DNA of 51,487 nt from an uncultured Bacteroidales bacterium (GTDB taxonomy: Bacteria; Bacteroidota; Bacteroidia; Bacteroidales; ML635J-15). The DNA lies in contig CAZBPT010000001.1 in NCBI GenBank assembly GCA_964493875.1, positions 53,020 to 104,506 on the forward strand, read 5' to 3'. How positions within the stretch are numbered: the stretch's first letter is position 1; every line of letters starts with the position of its first letter. The position numbers were made by a program, and so were the translations under genes. Of this stretch, positions 38,209 through 49,854 are shown one piece after another. Under the pieces are notes generated by a model. The model worked only from the letters and a program-made list of their open reading frames with translations. It did not search any database and had not been told where the DNA came from.

Positions 38209-39519
38209 ATGGCAAAAAAAAATAAGAAAAAAATTATCATAATAGTTATTGTTGCTTTTATAGTAGCAATTGTTGCATTAATTGTATTAAAAAAGACAAA
38301 TGTTATTTCATCTAATAAACTTCAATTAGTAAGTACTGAAATAGCCACAAAAAGAACAATAATAGAAAAAGTTACTGCCAGCGGAAAAATTCAACCGGAA
38401 ACAGAAATCAAATTAAGTCCAGATGTATCAGGAGAAATTGTTGAATTATACGTAAAAGAAGGTGATGCAGTAAAAAAAGGAGATTTATTATTAAAAATTA
38501 AACCCGACCTATATGAATCAGCATTAGAAAGAAGCGTTGCTGCAGGAAATTCATCCTCAGCAAACTATAGTAACAATCTAGCACGATTAGAACAAATAAA
38601 AGCACAATTTATTCAAACAGAATCAAATTATAAAAGAGATAGATCTTTATTTGATAAAGGAGTTATTTCGCAATCTGAGTTTGAAAGTTCTCAAGCAGCC
38701 TACAAAATGGGACTTGCAGATATAAAAGCTGCAGAAGCAAGTGTGAACGCAGCCAATTTTTCAATAATAAGTGCACAAGCATCAATACGTGAAGCAAAAG
38801 AAAACCTTCAAAAAACTACCATATTCGCTCCTAGTGATGGAACAATTTCTCAACTTAACGTTGAAAAAGGAGAACGCGTTGTTGGTACTGAAATGATGGC
38901 CGGAACAGAAATGATGCGAATTGCAAATCTAGACGTTATGGAAGTTATTGTTGATGTTAGCGAAAACAGTATCATAAAAGTAAAACTAAACGACAGTGCA
39001 GACGTAGAAGTTGATGCTTATCTAAATAGAAAATTCAAAGGTATTGTTACCGAAATAGCAAATTCAGCCAATAATTCTGCCTCAGCTTCTGTTGACCAAG
39101 TTACGAATTTCAAAGTAAAAATTAGATTACTCTTGGAATCATATCAAGACCTTATTGATGCAGGAAAAAAATATCCGTTCAGACCTGGAATGTCCGCTAC
39201 TGTTGATATTCATACCAAAACAACAAAAGACGTTATCTCTGTTCCTCTTCAATCAGTAACAGCAAGAACAATAACCGACAGTATCAAAAGAATAGATGAA
39301 CAAAAAGAAGTTGTTTATATATATAAGGATGGTAAAGCAATACAGAAAAATGTAGTTGTAGGTATTCAAGATGCAAATTTTATTCAAATAGTTGAAGGAA
39401 TTGAAGAAAAAGAAGAAGTAATTTCTGCTCCTTATAATATGATTTCTAAAATACTATTTGACGGCATGCAAGTTAAAAAAGCAAAAAAAGAAGAACTATT
39501 TAAGAACAAAGAAAAATAA
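38209..39519 (+). CDS. efflux periplasmic adaptor (HlyD/MacA-type membrane fusion protein)
   Basis: N-terminal TM anchor, lipoyl-like SGEIVELYVKEGDAVKKGDLLLKI, a long coiled coil, and IFAPSDGTISQLNVEKGE. Confidence 0.85.
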   Translation: MAKKNKKKIIIIVIVAFIVAIVALIVLKKTNVISSNKLQLVSTEIATKRTIIEKVTASGKIQPETEIKLSPDVSGEIVELYVKEGDAVKKGDLLLKIKPDLYESALERSVAAGNSSSANYSNNLARLEQIKAQFIQTESNYKRDRSLFDKGVISQSEFESSQAAYKMGLADIKAAEASVNAANFSIISAQASIREAKENLQKTTIFAPSDGTISQLNVEKGERVVGTEMMAGTEMMRIANLDVMEVIVDVSENSIIKVKLNDSADVEVDAYLNRKFKGIVTEIANSANNSASASVDQVTNFKVKIRLLLESYQDLIDAGKKYPFRPGMSATVDIHTKTTKDVISVPLQSVTARTITDSIKRIDEQKEVVYIYKDGKAIQKNVVVGIQDANFIQIVEGIEEKEEVISAPYNMISKILFDGMQVKKAKKEELFKNKEK

Positions 39520-39520
39520 T

Positions 39521-40966
39521 ATGGCTCTAATAAAATCCATTTCAGGAATAAGAGGAACAATCGGAGGCAATGTAGGCGATAACCTAACACCAATTGACTT
39601 AGTAAAATTCACCTCAGCATTTGCATTATTTATTAAAGAAAAAAATCCAAATAAAGAAAATTTTCAAATAGTTGTCGGTAGAGACGCACGGATATCAGGC
39701 GAAATGGTTCAATCGTTTGTAAATATGACAGTTAGATCATTTGGATACGAAGTAATTTCAATTGATTACGCAACAACACCAACAACCGAAATGGCAGTTA
39801 TCCATGGGAAATATGATGGAGGTATTATTATTACCGCTAGCCATAATCCTATAAATTGGAATGCTCTAAAATTATTAAACGAAAAAGGAGAATTTTTATC
39901 TCAAAAAGATGGCGAAAGAATTTTAGAATTATCACAAGAAAGTAATATTGTTTTCCCTAAGACAAATATTTTAAAAGACATATCTAAATTCCAAGTTAAA
40001 GGATCAAAGGATATTTCTGCATTAGAATGCCACGTAGAAGAAATTCTAAAATTAAAATATCTAAAAGAAATCCTCTGCGAAAACAAAACAAAAAAATTCT
40101 TGTCAAATATCAGAATAGCAGTTGATTGCATAAATTCTGTAGGTTCAATATCTGTTCCATTTTTATTAATGCAATTAGGTGTAGACAAAAAAAATATTGT
40201 TTTGTTAAATAACGATTTAAGCGGAAATTTTGCACATAACCCTGAACCTATTCCAGAAAATTTAACAGACATTTCAAGAGCAGTTGTAGAAAATAAATGT
40301 GATATCGGTTTTGCAGTAGATCCAGATGTTGACAGACTTGCCATTGTTTCAGAAGACGGCTCATTCTTTGGCGAAGAATATACTCTAGTTGCATGTGCAG
40401 ACTATGTTTTATCAAAAAACAAAGGGAATCTTGTTTCAAATTTATCATCATCAAGAGCATTAAGAGACATTGCCGAAAAATATAATGTAGAATACAATGC
40501 CGCCGCTGTTGGAGAAGTAAATGTGGTTGAAAAAATGAAATCAACTAATTCCATTATAGGAGGCGAAGGCAATGGAGGCGTTATTCTTCCAGAACTTCAC
40601 TACGGTAGAGATGCACTTGTGGGAATTGCTTTGTTTCTTGCACTTCTATCCGAAAAGAATCAAAAAGTATCTGAACTAAGAAAAACATATCCAAACTACT
40701 GTATTTCTAAAAACAAAATAGAACTCAACGATAAAATAAATATTGAGAAAATTTTTGAAGAAATTATATATAAGTATAGTAATGAGACTATTACAACTAT
40801 AGATGGTGTAAAAATAGACTTTCTAAAAAACAAAGAATGGGTTCATTTGCGTAAGTCAAATACAGAACCAATAATCAGAATATATGCAGAAAGTGCAGAC
40901 GAAAAAAAAGCAAATATCTTAGCAAAAAATATTATTGAGGAAATTAACAAAATAATAAAGCAATGA
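39521..40966 (+). CDS. glmM: phosphoglucosamine mutase
   Basis: I place the start at MALIKSISGIRGTIGG (ATG at 39521, 1 nt after the adaptor stop). The ORF-track start at 39458 overlaps the adaptor gene. Active-site motif ITASHNP and metal loop FAVDPDVDR. Confidence 0.88.
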   Translation: MALIKSISGIRGTIGGNVGDNLTPIDLVKFTSAFALFIKEKNPNKENFQIVVGRDARISGEMVQSFVNMTVRSFGYEVISIDYATTPTTEMAVIHGKYDGGIIITASHNPINWNALKLLNEKGEFLSQKDGERILELSQESNIVFPKTNILKDISKFQVKGSKDISALECHVEEILKLKYLKEILCENKTKKFLSNIRIAVDCINSVGSISVPFLLMQLGVDKKNIVLLNNDLSGNFAHNPEPIPENLTDISRAVVENKCDIGFAVDPDVDRLAIVSEDGSFFGEEYTLVACADYVLSKNKGNLVSNLSSSRALRDIAEKYNVEYNAAAVGEVNVVEKMKSTNSIIGGEGNGGVILPELHYGRDALVGIALFLALLSEKNQKVSELRKTYPNYCISKNKIELNDKINIEKIFEEIIYKYSNETITTIDGVKIDFLKNKEWVHLRKSNTEPIIRIYAESADEKKANILAKNIIEEINKIIKQ

Positions 40967-42075
40967 AAAAAATGATTTTTTTTATTGTAATATCCTCATT
41001 GTTTGCTCTTGCTTGCAACAATACTACTCCACAAGAAGAAAAAAATAACGTTTCATTTGTGAAATATGCAGAAAATTTTTCCATCGACACAACAAACGAC
41101 GGATATTGTATTTCAACAAAAAACCGCTTCGATAATTCATTTTCACAAAAATATTATCTTAGCCGTAACAATATTAAAAACGGGGAAGAAAACAAGATTC
41201 ATATCCCTGTAAAGAAAATAATTTGCCTATCTACAACTCATTGTGCCTTTATAAGAACGCTATCCGAAGAAAATTCCATTTTAGGAATTAGTGGAACAAA
41301 ATATATATATGATAGCACAATTAACAAAAAAATTGAACAAGGAGAAATTATTGAAGTGGGATATGAAAATCAAATTAACTATGAAAAAATCATTTCACTA
41401 AAACCCGATATTATTTTTGCATACGCTGTTGACAATAATAGTACTGCGACATTAGAAAAATTGAATGCTTCTAATATTCCAATAATATACGTTTCAGAAT
41501 TTATTGAAACGCAACCTCTTGGCAGAACTGAATGGATAAAATTTTTCGCTTGTTTTTACGACAAATTACCAGAAAGTACAATCTTTTTTGATAGTGTGTC
41601 AAATAATTACAATTCAATAAAAAAGCTTGTAAGCGAAAATGTTGAAAAGAAGCCAAAAGTAATCACAGGACTTCCCTATAAAGGAACTTGGTGGTTGCCT
41701 TCAAAATCATCTTTTTTCGCGAATTTTCTCTCTGATGCTGGTGCAGATTATTTATTTAACAGAGAAAGCAAAAATAACGAAAGCATGCCGATATCATTAG
41801 AAAATGTTTTTGATATTGCAAAAGAAGCTGATTTTTGGTTAAATCCGAACGATTGTTATACAAAAAAAGATATTTTAAACGTTGACCAGAGAATAAAAAA
41901 CTTTGACGTTTTCAACAAAGCAAAAATTTACAATAATTTCAAACGAACAAATAAAAACGGAGGATGTGACTTTTGGGAATCAGGGATTGTACACCCGGAC
42001 ATAATTCTTAACGACCTCGTTAGTATTTTCTATAATAAAAACGATGAACTGATTTATTACTTTGAAGTAAAATAA
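40963..42075 (+). CDS. ABC-transporter periplasmic binding lipoprotein (BtuF/FecB-like, Peripla_BP_2 type)
   Basis: Lipobox LFALAC, KIICLSTTHCAFI and LKPDIIFAY. Overlaps the glmM stop by 4 nt. Confidence 0.7.
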   Translation: MKKMIFFIVISSLFALACNNTTPQEEKNNVSFVKYAENFSIDTTNDGYCISTKNRFDNSFSQKYYLSRNNIKNGEENKIHIPVKKIICLSTTHCAFIRTLSEENSILGISGTKYIYDSTINKKIEQGEIIEVGYENQINYEKIISLKPDIIFAYAVDNNSTATLEKLNASNIPIIYVSEFIETQPLGRTEWIKFFACFYDKLPESTIFFDSVSNNYNSIKKLVSENVEKKPKVITGLPYKGTWWLPSKSSFFANFLSDAGADYLFNRESKNNESMPISLENVFDIAKEADFWLNPNDCYTKKDILNVDQRIKNFDVFNKAKIYNNFKRTNKNGGCDFWESGIVHPDIILNDLVSIFYNKNDELIYYFEVK

Positions 42076-42079
42076 AAAT

Positions 42080-43794
<1,715 letters not shown>

Positions 43795-43810
43795 TATAAA
43801 TTTATACTTA

Positions 43811-43842
43811 AAAAAAAGCTACAAGAAATTGTAGCTTTTTTT
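43811..43842 (+). terminator. rho-independent (bidirectional) terminator after eno
   Basis: AGCTACA pairs with TGTAGCT across a 6-nt loop, with an A-run before and a T-run after. Confidence 0.75.
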
Positions 43843-43921
43843 ATGTATATTGGTTTTTAATATAAAAACAAATAGGTATTATTTGATTAAATCTCAAATT
43901 TGATAATAAAAAAAGGAAAAA

Positions 43922-45211
43922 TTAACGAAGATTTTTTTTATGGACAATTTTTTGATGAACAAAAGATAATGCTCGACTTATCTTTTCCCAATCTGTTAAA
44001 TAGTATAAAGCAAAAAAAACTGAAAGAATCGACACTACCTGTATTCTGTACATAAACCAATAATGCAAATAAACGGCATTAGGCAATAAAATGTAATATA
44101 AATATGGAGCTATTCCAATTAATAATAAAATAACTGCCAGTTTAATTCCTTTTTTTCTAAAGAAGAATGCAGAAAGTAGTACCAATACTGAAAGTATAAC
44201 AGAAATGAAAGTAAGAGATAAACCCATAAAGTTTCTATCTATACTGTCTAATATCGTGATTTTTTCTTCACCAACATTTTGACTCGCCCTCATTGTCATA
44301 GCATATAAAGCTTCTCCAAAACTATCATAATCGGTGAATATCGCTGTAAGTCCCCACTTTGCAACCCAAGACAATAAGAAAGAAAAACACCACAAAATAG
44401 AAAACAATGCAATATTTTTAAATAGTTCTTTGAAACTACTCTTATTATATAATACTAAATATGTAATTAAAGGAATTCCTAAAGATGCTACAGGTACAGT
44501 ATTGAAATCCAAATACTGAGTCAAAGCACCAAAAACAAAAAATAGCATTGGCAACATTTTAGATTTGTTTTCAGGAATTAGAAGTATGAGAATTGAAAGA
44601 AAAAAAGCAACATCAAAACCTATACTAAGTTGCATGCTAAATTGCGTTGTAAAAAAATTTATTGCTAATAACGAGAACAAAAATAAGAAAGAGACTTTCA
44701 TTTCGGTTTTTTTATACAACAGTAAAAGCAATGATAATAATAAAAAAGAAGAAATTGCCCAATAAAACCAACGAATTGAATAATAATTTCCAAAACCCAA
44801 TAAAAATCGTTGAATAAAGGTATTACCATTCCAATATCTTGAATGATTTTGCTCAAAACCTGTAGATTTACCTGCAACTAAATCATTTATATCTTCATAG
44901 CGAAAAAAATTTCCTCGCTTCCAAAATGGGCATAGCAAAGCAGATTCTATAGGCTTGTCTCGATTTATTAAATAATTTTTTTCGAGTAAAACAATCTCGG
45001 CAAAACTATCAAAAGCATAATATTTCTGATCATATATTATATGTTCCGAAAGATCCTCTTTTTCTCTTTCAAACATTGGAATAGATTTAATAATATTTTG
45101 TTGAATTCGCCAATTAGGCAAAAGACATGCTAATACCGAAAAAGAAAAAAACAATGCTATTAAAGCAATAAACACTATAAAATATTTCAAAAATAATCTG
45201 ACAATTCTCAT
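43922..45211 (-). CDS. uncharacterised polytopic membrane protein (about 10 TM helices, one large N-proximal loop)
   Basis: 429 aa. An N-terminal TM helix is followed by a roughly 110-aa soluble loop and then a dense run of hydrophobic helices. I recognise no family motif. Confidence 0.55.
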   Translation of the reverse strand: MRIVRLFLKYFIVFIALIALFFSFSVLACLLPNWRIQQNIIKSIPMFEREKEDLSEHIIYDQKYYAFDSFAEIVLLEKNYLINRDKPIESALLCPFWKRGNFFRYEDINDLVAGKSTGFEQNHSRYWNGNTFIQRFLLGFGNYYSIRWFYWAISSFLLLSLLLLLYKKTEMKVSFLFLFSLLAINFFTTQFSMQLSIGFDVAFFLSILILLIPENKSKMLPMLFFVFGALTQYLDFNTVPVASLGIPLITYLVLYNKSSFKELFKNIALFSILWCFSFLLSWVAKWGLTAIFTDYDSFGEALYAMTMRASQNVGEEKITILDSIDRNFMGLSLTFISVILSVLVLLSAFFFRKKGIKLAVILLLIGIAPYLYYILLPNAVYLHYWFMYRIQVVSILSVFFALYYLTDWEKISRALSFVHQKIVHKKNLR

Positions 45212-45250
45212 TTAATAGTTTTTTATAAATTTAATACTATTTATGTAATT

Positions 45251-45886
45251 TTAATTCTTTTTTTTCATCGTACAAATAGATATCAAATTACAAGTATCGC
45301 ATTTTGGATTTCTTGCAGTGCAAGTATTCCTGCCAAATAAAATTAGCCAATGATGTGCATCGGGTATAATATCTTTGGGAATATTTCTTACAAGCTCTCG
45401 TTCTGTCTGTAAAAGTGTTGCCTCCTTTGAAACAAGTCCCAAACGCTTGGAAACACGGAAAACATGCGTATCTACAGGCATTTTTGGTTCTCTAAATAAA
45501 ACACTAAGAATTACATTTGCAGTTTTTCGTCCTACACCAGGCAATATAAGTAAATCTTCAAAAGAAATTGGCACAACTCCTTTGTATTTTTCAGTAATTA
45601 TTTTAGAAGTCTGAATTAAATAATTTGCTTTTGAATTTGGATAAGTACAAGAACTAATTAACTGAAAAATTTCCTCATTCGTGGCTTGACTCATTTTTTC
45701 AGCATCTGGATATTTCTCAAATAATTTTTCCGTAATAATATTTACGCGTTTGTCAGTACATTGAGCAGACAAAATCACTGCGATTAGCAATTGAAAGGCT
45801 GTGGAAAAATTCAATTCGGTTCCAACAATCGGCATAGTTTCGGCAAAATATTTCAATGCTATTTTATATCGTTGTTTCTTTGTCAT
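45251..45886 (-). CDS. nth: endonuclease III
   Basis: HhH-GPD motif LPGVGRKTANV and the C-terminal 4Fe-4S cluster CTARNPKCDTCNLISIC. Confidence 0.92.
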   Translation of the reverse strand: MTKKQRYKIALKYFAETMPIVGTELNFSTAFQLLIAVILSAQCTDKRVNIITEKLFEKYPDAEKMSQATNEEIFQLISSCTYPNSKANYLIQTSKIITEKYKGVVPISFEDLLILPGVGRKTANVILSVLFREPKMPVDTHVFRVSKRLGLVSKEATLLQTERELVRNIPKDIIPDAHHWLILFGRNTCTARNPKCDTCNLISICTMKKKN

Positions 45887-45890
45887 AATA

Positions 45891-46520
45891 TCAAAAAATT
45901 AATTTTTTTCTCTTTGCCGAATCTATAATTATCTCAGCGCAATTGTCAATACCAAAGTAACTTGTATTTAAACACAAATCATAAGAAGAACTATCACCCC
46001 ATTTTTTATCTGTATAATAATTATAAAAATTTTCTCTTTTTTTGTCTGATCTTTCGATAAGTGCTTTAGCTTTTTGCTCGCTTATATTTCGACTTTCTGC
46101 AATTCTTCGTATTCTATCATCTAAATCGGCGGTTAAAAAAACATTTAAACAATTTTTGTTATCACGGAGAATATAATCGGCACAACGGCCAACAAAAATT
46201 GCAGATTGTTTTTTAGCGATGTCTTCAATAATTTCGCTCTGAATTTTAAATAAAGATTCTCCACTTAAATAATTATTATTATTCCATATTTCAGATTCTA
46301 CAGTAGTACGAAGAGAAAATAAACGACCCAAAAAATCAAATTTCTTTTTTTCATCAGATTCTGAAAAAAAATTTTCACAAATACCACTTTTTTGTGCAGC
46401 AATATTTAAAATATTTTTATCAAAATACTCTATATTTAATTTTTTTGCTATTAAATCAGCTACAAGAAGACAACCACTTCCAAATTGGCGACCAATATTT
46501 ATAATAAAATAATTTCCCAT
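45891..46520 (-). CDS. cytidylate-kinase-like family protein
   Basis: INIGRQFGSGC P-loop-like N-terminus, 209 aa, typical of the Bacteroidota cytidylate-kinase-like family. Confidence 0.65.
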   Translation of the reverse strand: MGNYFIINIGRQFGSGCLLVADLIAKKLNIEYFDKNILNIAAQKSGICENFFSESDEKKKFDFLGRLFSLRTTVESEIWNNNNYLSGESLFKIQSEIIEDIAKKQSAIFVGRCADYILRDNKNCLNVFLTADLDDRIRRIAESRNISEQKAKALIERSDKKRENFYNYYTDKKWGDSSSYDLCLNTSYFGIDNCAEIIIDSAKRKKLIF

Positions 46521-46531
46521 AATCCTGTAAA

Positions 46532-47887
46532 TTAAGATTTTAATTTTTTAAACTGAGCTATCAATAAGATTAAAGTTAGTATTGTAGAAAAGAGGTCGGA
46601 AAGCGGAAGGCTCAACCATATTCCAATAATACCCCAAAAATTAGGAAGAATAATTAAAAATGGAATAAGAAAAATTACTTGGCGAGTTAATGACAGAAAG
46701 ATAGCTTTTTTTGCCTTTCCAATACTTTGAAAGAAAGTTGAAGCAACCATTTGAAAGCCGATAATTGGGAAACAAATAAATACGTATCGTAAGCCTTCAA
46801 CCGTAAGATTAATAAGGTTAACATCATCAGTAAAAAATGAAGCTATAGTCCTTGGAAACAGCTGAACAACTACGAAGCCTGTAATCATTACTACTGTGGC
46901 AAAAATAATAGCAATAAAAAGTACTCTTGAAACTCTTTTATAGAGTTTTGCACCATAATTATATCCTGCGATAGGTTGCATACCTTGATTAAGTCCAAAA
47001 ACTATTAGAACAAATAAAAATGAAATTCGGTTAACAATACCATAGGCACCCACAGCCAAATCTCCGCCATGACGAACCAATCCTTTATTAATTAGAATTA
47101 CAATAACACAAGAAGCTAAATTCATTAAAAAAGGGGCCATTCCAATAGAAAAAATATCCTTACAAATCTTCAAATTAAATTTGAAAATAGTTTTTTTAAT
47201 ACGAATTTCATTTTTTTTATCAAGGAATAAAATGATTTGCCAAATCATCACAATCGATTGAGATATTACTGTTGCCATAGCACTACCCTTAATTCCTAAT
47301 CCAAATTTGAAGATAAACAAAGGATTTAAGATCAAATTCAGAATAACGGAAGCAATAGTTGCATACATAGCAATCATAGGTCTCCCGAGCGAACGTAATA
47401 GAGCATTTAAACCCAAATACAAATGAGTAACGACATTACCCAAAAGAATAACAAACATAAAATCATGAGCATAAGGCAATGTTTGTTCAGTAGCTCCAAA
47501 AAACATCAACAGAGGATCAAGAAAAATCAGCATTATTATTGTAAATAAAATACCGATTGAAACATTTAGCATCAAGACATTACCAAGAATTTTATTGGCA
47601 GCAGAATAATCTTTTTGCCCCAGTCTTAACGACATAATAGCAGCACCTCCTGCACCAACCAAAGAGCCAAAAGCCGCAGCCAAGTTCATCAGAGGGAAAG
47701 TTATTGCCAAACCAGAAATAGCCATTGCTCCGGCACCATGTCCAATAAAAATGCTATCAGTAATGTTATAGAGCGCAGAAGCAACCATAGCAATAATTGC
47801 AGGAACAGAATAAATAAGTAACAATTTACCGATTTTTTCTTCACCCAAACGCAAAATAGAATTATTATTTACATTATCGCTTTTCAT
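46532..47887 (-). CDS. MATE family efflux transporter
   Basis: 451 aa with 12 predicted TM helices. The N-terminus has the LLLIYSVPAIIAMVASALYNITDSIFIGH pattern. Confidence 0.85.
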   Translation of the reverse strand: MKSDNVNNNSILRLGEEKIGKLLLIYSVPAIIAMVASALYNITDSIFIGHGAGAMAISGLAITFPLMNLAAAFGSLVGAGGAAIMSLRLGQKDYSAANKILGNVLMLNVSIGILFTIIMLIFLDPLLMFFGATEQTLPYAHDFMFVILLGNVVTHLYLGLNALLRSLGRPMIAMYATIASVILNLILNPLFIFKFGLGIKGSAMATVISQSIVMIWQIILFLDKKNEIRIKKTIFKFNLKICKDIFSIGMAPFLMNLASCVIVILINKGLVRHGGDLAVGAYGIVNRISFLFVLIVFGLNQGMQPIAGYNYGAKLYKRVSRVLFIAIIFATVVMITGFVVVQLFPRTIASFFTDDVNLINLTVEGLRYVFICFPIIGFQMVASTFFQSIGKAKKAIFLSLTRQVIFLIPFLIILPNFWGIIGIWLSLPLSDLFSTILTLILLIAQFKKLKS

Positions 47888-47889
47888 AA

Positions 47890-48795
47890 TTATATTTTAG
47901 AGGAAGATTTTACAAACATTTGAGAAAAAATAACTCCTATAACAATAATTGAAATTCCAATAATCTTTTTCAAATCTATTTCTTCTCCAAATAGAAAAAA
48001 TGATATTAACAAGGTAAATACGGGAATTGAGTTAGTAAAAACACTTGTCCTGGCGATCGTCAGATGTCGCAAGCCATGCATATAAAAAATAAATGCAAAG
48101 GAAGAAGCAAAAATTCCTAAATAAGCAATATTGAGAATAGCGTTAAAATCAAATTCTTTCTGCAACAATTCTTTACCTTCAAAAATCAATAACAATGGCA
48201 AAAAGAAAAGCATCCCAAAAATATTTTGCCACATAGTTACATTGAAAACCGAATAACGAGTGTCGATTTTTTTAATCATCACACTATAGCCATTTGCAGC
48301 AATTATTGATAAAAAAACTAACAAAAGTCCTTTCCAGGAAACTTGCAATTGAAAATTAACATCAAACACCAAAACAATAATTCCGATTATAGAAATAACT
48401 ATACCGATAATATTTGAGAGGACTAAACGTTCTTTTAAAAACACGTAAGCAACAAAAGGAGTAAAAAGAGGGATAATAGAAATTAGCACAGACGTGGTTG
48501 AGGGGTCTAAATATTTAAGGGAATTAGTTTCACCTAAAAAATAAAGAAACGGCTCAAAGAAGGCTAGAATAAGGAATACAGGAATGTCTTTAAGTCGAGG
48601 AAATTGAATTTTTTTAACAATAAGTAAAATAACGAATAAGAAAATTGAAGATATAAGTAGTCTTGAAAAAATAATTGTAAAAGGGTCATAATACTTCAAT
48701 GCTTCCTTCGCCCATATGAAAGAACTTCCCCAAAAAAGCATTGAAAATGACAATAAGAGATATACTATAGAAATTTTTGAAAAAAAATTTTTCAC
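47890..48795 (-). CDS. EamA/DMT family transporter
   Basis: 301 aa with 10 TM helices arranged as two EamA-like halves. Confidence 0.8.
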   Translation of the reverse strand: MKNFFSKISIVYLLLSFSMLFWGSSFIWAKEALKYYDPFTIIFSRLLISSIFLFVILLIVKKIQFPRLKDIPVFLILAFFEPFLYFLGETNSLKYLDPSTTSVLISIIPLFTPFVAYVFLKERLVLSNIIGIVISIIGIIVLVFDVNFQLQVSWKGLLLVFLSIIAANGYSVMIKKIDTRYSVFNVTMWQNIFGMLFFLPLLLIFEGKELLQKEFDFNAILNIAYLGIFASSFAFIFYMHGLRHLTIARTSVFTNSIPVFTLLISFFLFGEEIDLKKIIGISIIVIGVIFSQMFVKSSSKI

Positions 48796-48833
48796 TTATT
48801 TAAAAAATTAATGCAAAAATAACTAAAAAATAC

Positions 48834-48841
48834 TAATTTTG
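48834..48841 (+). promoter_or_regulatory. putative -7 box (TAATTTTG) for the N-acyltransferase gene
   Basis: Lies 9 nt upstream of the ATG at 48850. Confidence 0.35.
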
Positions 48842-48849
48842 TAAAATTT

Positions 48850-49815
48850 ATGAAAAAAATAATAGACCCTATAAAGAAAGATTTATTACTTGCTGAACTT
48901 ACGGAAGACAAATTCTTGCGTAAACCTAATTATGGCAGTTATGAGATTTATCTTTTTGACGGACGTACATCACCAAACTTGATGAAAGAACTTGGCAGAC
49001 TTCGAGAAATAACATTTCGAAGAGCTGGAGGCGGAACAGGTCTATCAGTAGATATTGACAAATACGACCTATCTAATGATCCATACTTGCAATTAATTTT
49101 GTGGGATCCTGAGGAAAAAGAAATTGTTGGCGGGTATCGTTATATTTTAGGAGAGTCTGTTTTAGACAATCCCAAAGAAAAATTAGCGACATCTCACCTA
49201 TTCGACTTTTCCGAAAATTTTTTAAAAAACTATTTACCATATACTATAGAATTAGGACGTTCTTTTATTCAGCCAAACTATCAGCCACGGCATAATACAA
49301 AAAAAGGACTTTTTGCTCTAGACAATTTATGGGACGGGTTAGGTGCCTTAATGATTGAATATTCTTTTGTGAAATTCTTCTTCGGAAAAGTTACAATGTA
49401 TCACACTTTTAACGTTGAAGCAAGAAATTACATATTAACACTTTTACAAACTTATTTCCCTGATAAAGAAAATCTTATTACAGCAAAAAATCCTATTATT
49501 ATTGATTACAATAAATATAATTCTGCCTTTTTGGGCGATAATTATTCTGCAGATTACAAAACGCTGATAAAAATATTAAAAAGATTTGACGAGAGGATTC
49601 CTCCACTAATCAATGCATATATGAATTTATCGCATAATTTAGTATTTTTTGGCACAATTGAAAACGATGAGTTTGGCAGTGTTGAAGAAACTGGAATCTT
49701 AGTTGATATTGCTGAAATGTATAATTCTAAAAAAGACAGACACGTAAAATCATACGAAAGAATAATAAAAATCTTTGAATTATTCCCAAGAACTACAAAA
49801 CTCTTTGATTTTTAA
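48850..49815 (+). CDS. GNAT-like N-acyltransferase of the OlsB/GlsB (hemolysin-like, N-acyl amino acid lipid) family
   Basis: 321 aa with LGRLREITFRRAGGGTG and ELGRSFIQP, which are characteristic of this acyltransferase family. Confidence 0.65.
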   Translation: MKKIIDPIKKDLLLAELTEDKFLRKPNYGSYEIYLFDGRTSPNLMKELGRLREITFRRAGGGTGLSVDIDKYDLSNDPYLQLILWDPEEKEIVGGYRYILGESVLDNPKEKLATSHLFDFSENFLKNYLPYTIELGRSFIQPNYQPRHNTKKGLFALDNLWDGLGALMIEYSFVKFFFGKVTMYHTFNVEARNYILTLLQTYFPDKENLITAKNPIIIDYNKYNSAFLGDNYSADYKTLIKILKRFDERIPPLINAYMNLSHNLVFFGTIENDEFGSVEETGILVDIAEMYNSKKDRHVKSYERIIKIFELFPRTTKLFDF

Positions 49816-49838
49816 TTTTTTTTCTGACAAATAAATAT

Positions 49839-49846
49839 TATTTTTG
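49839..49846 (+). promoter_or_regulatory. putative -7 box (TATTTTTG) for the DRTGG/ATPase pair
   Basis: Lies 9 nt upstream of the ATG at 49855. Confidence 0.35.
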
Positions 49847-49854
49847 CAAAAAAA

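Noticed and set aside
38875-38915. An apparent in-frame duplication, GTEMMAGTEMM, in the efflux adaptor.
   Set aside because: As far as I recall, this position in MacA/HlyD-type adaptors normally carries a similar G-T-x-x-M-x-G-T-E-(L/M) pattern. It is more likely family sequence than a recent repeat.
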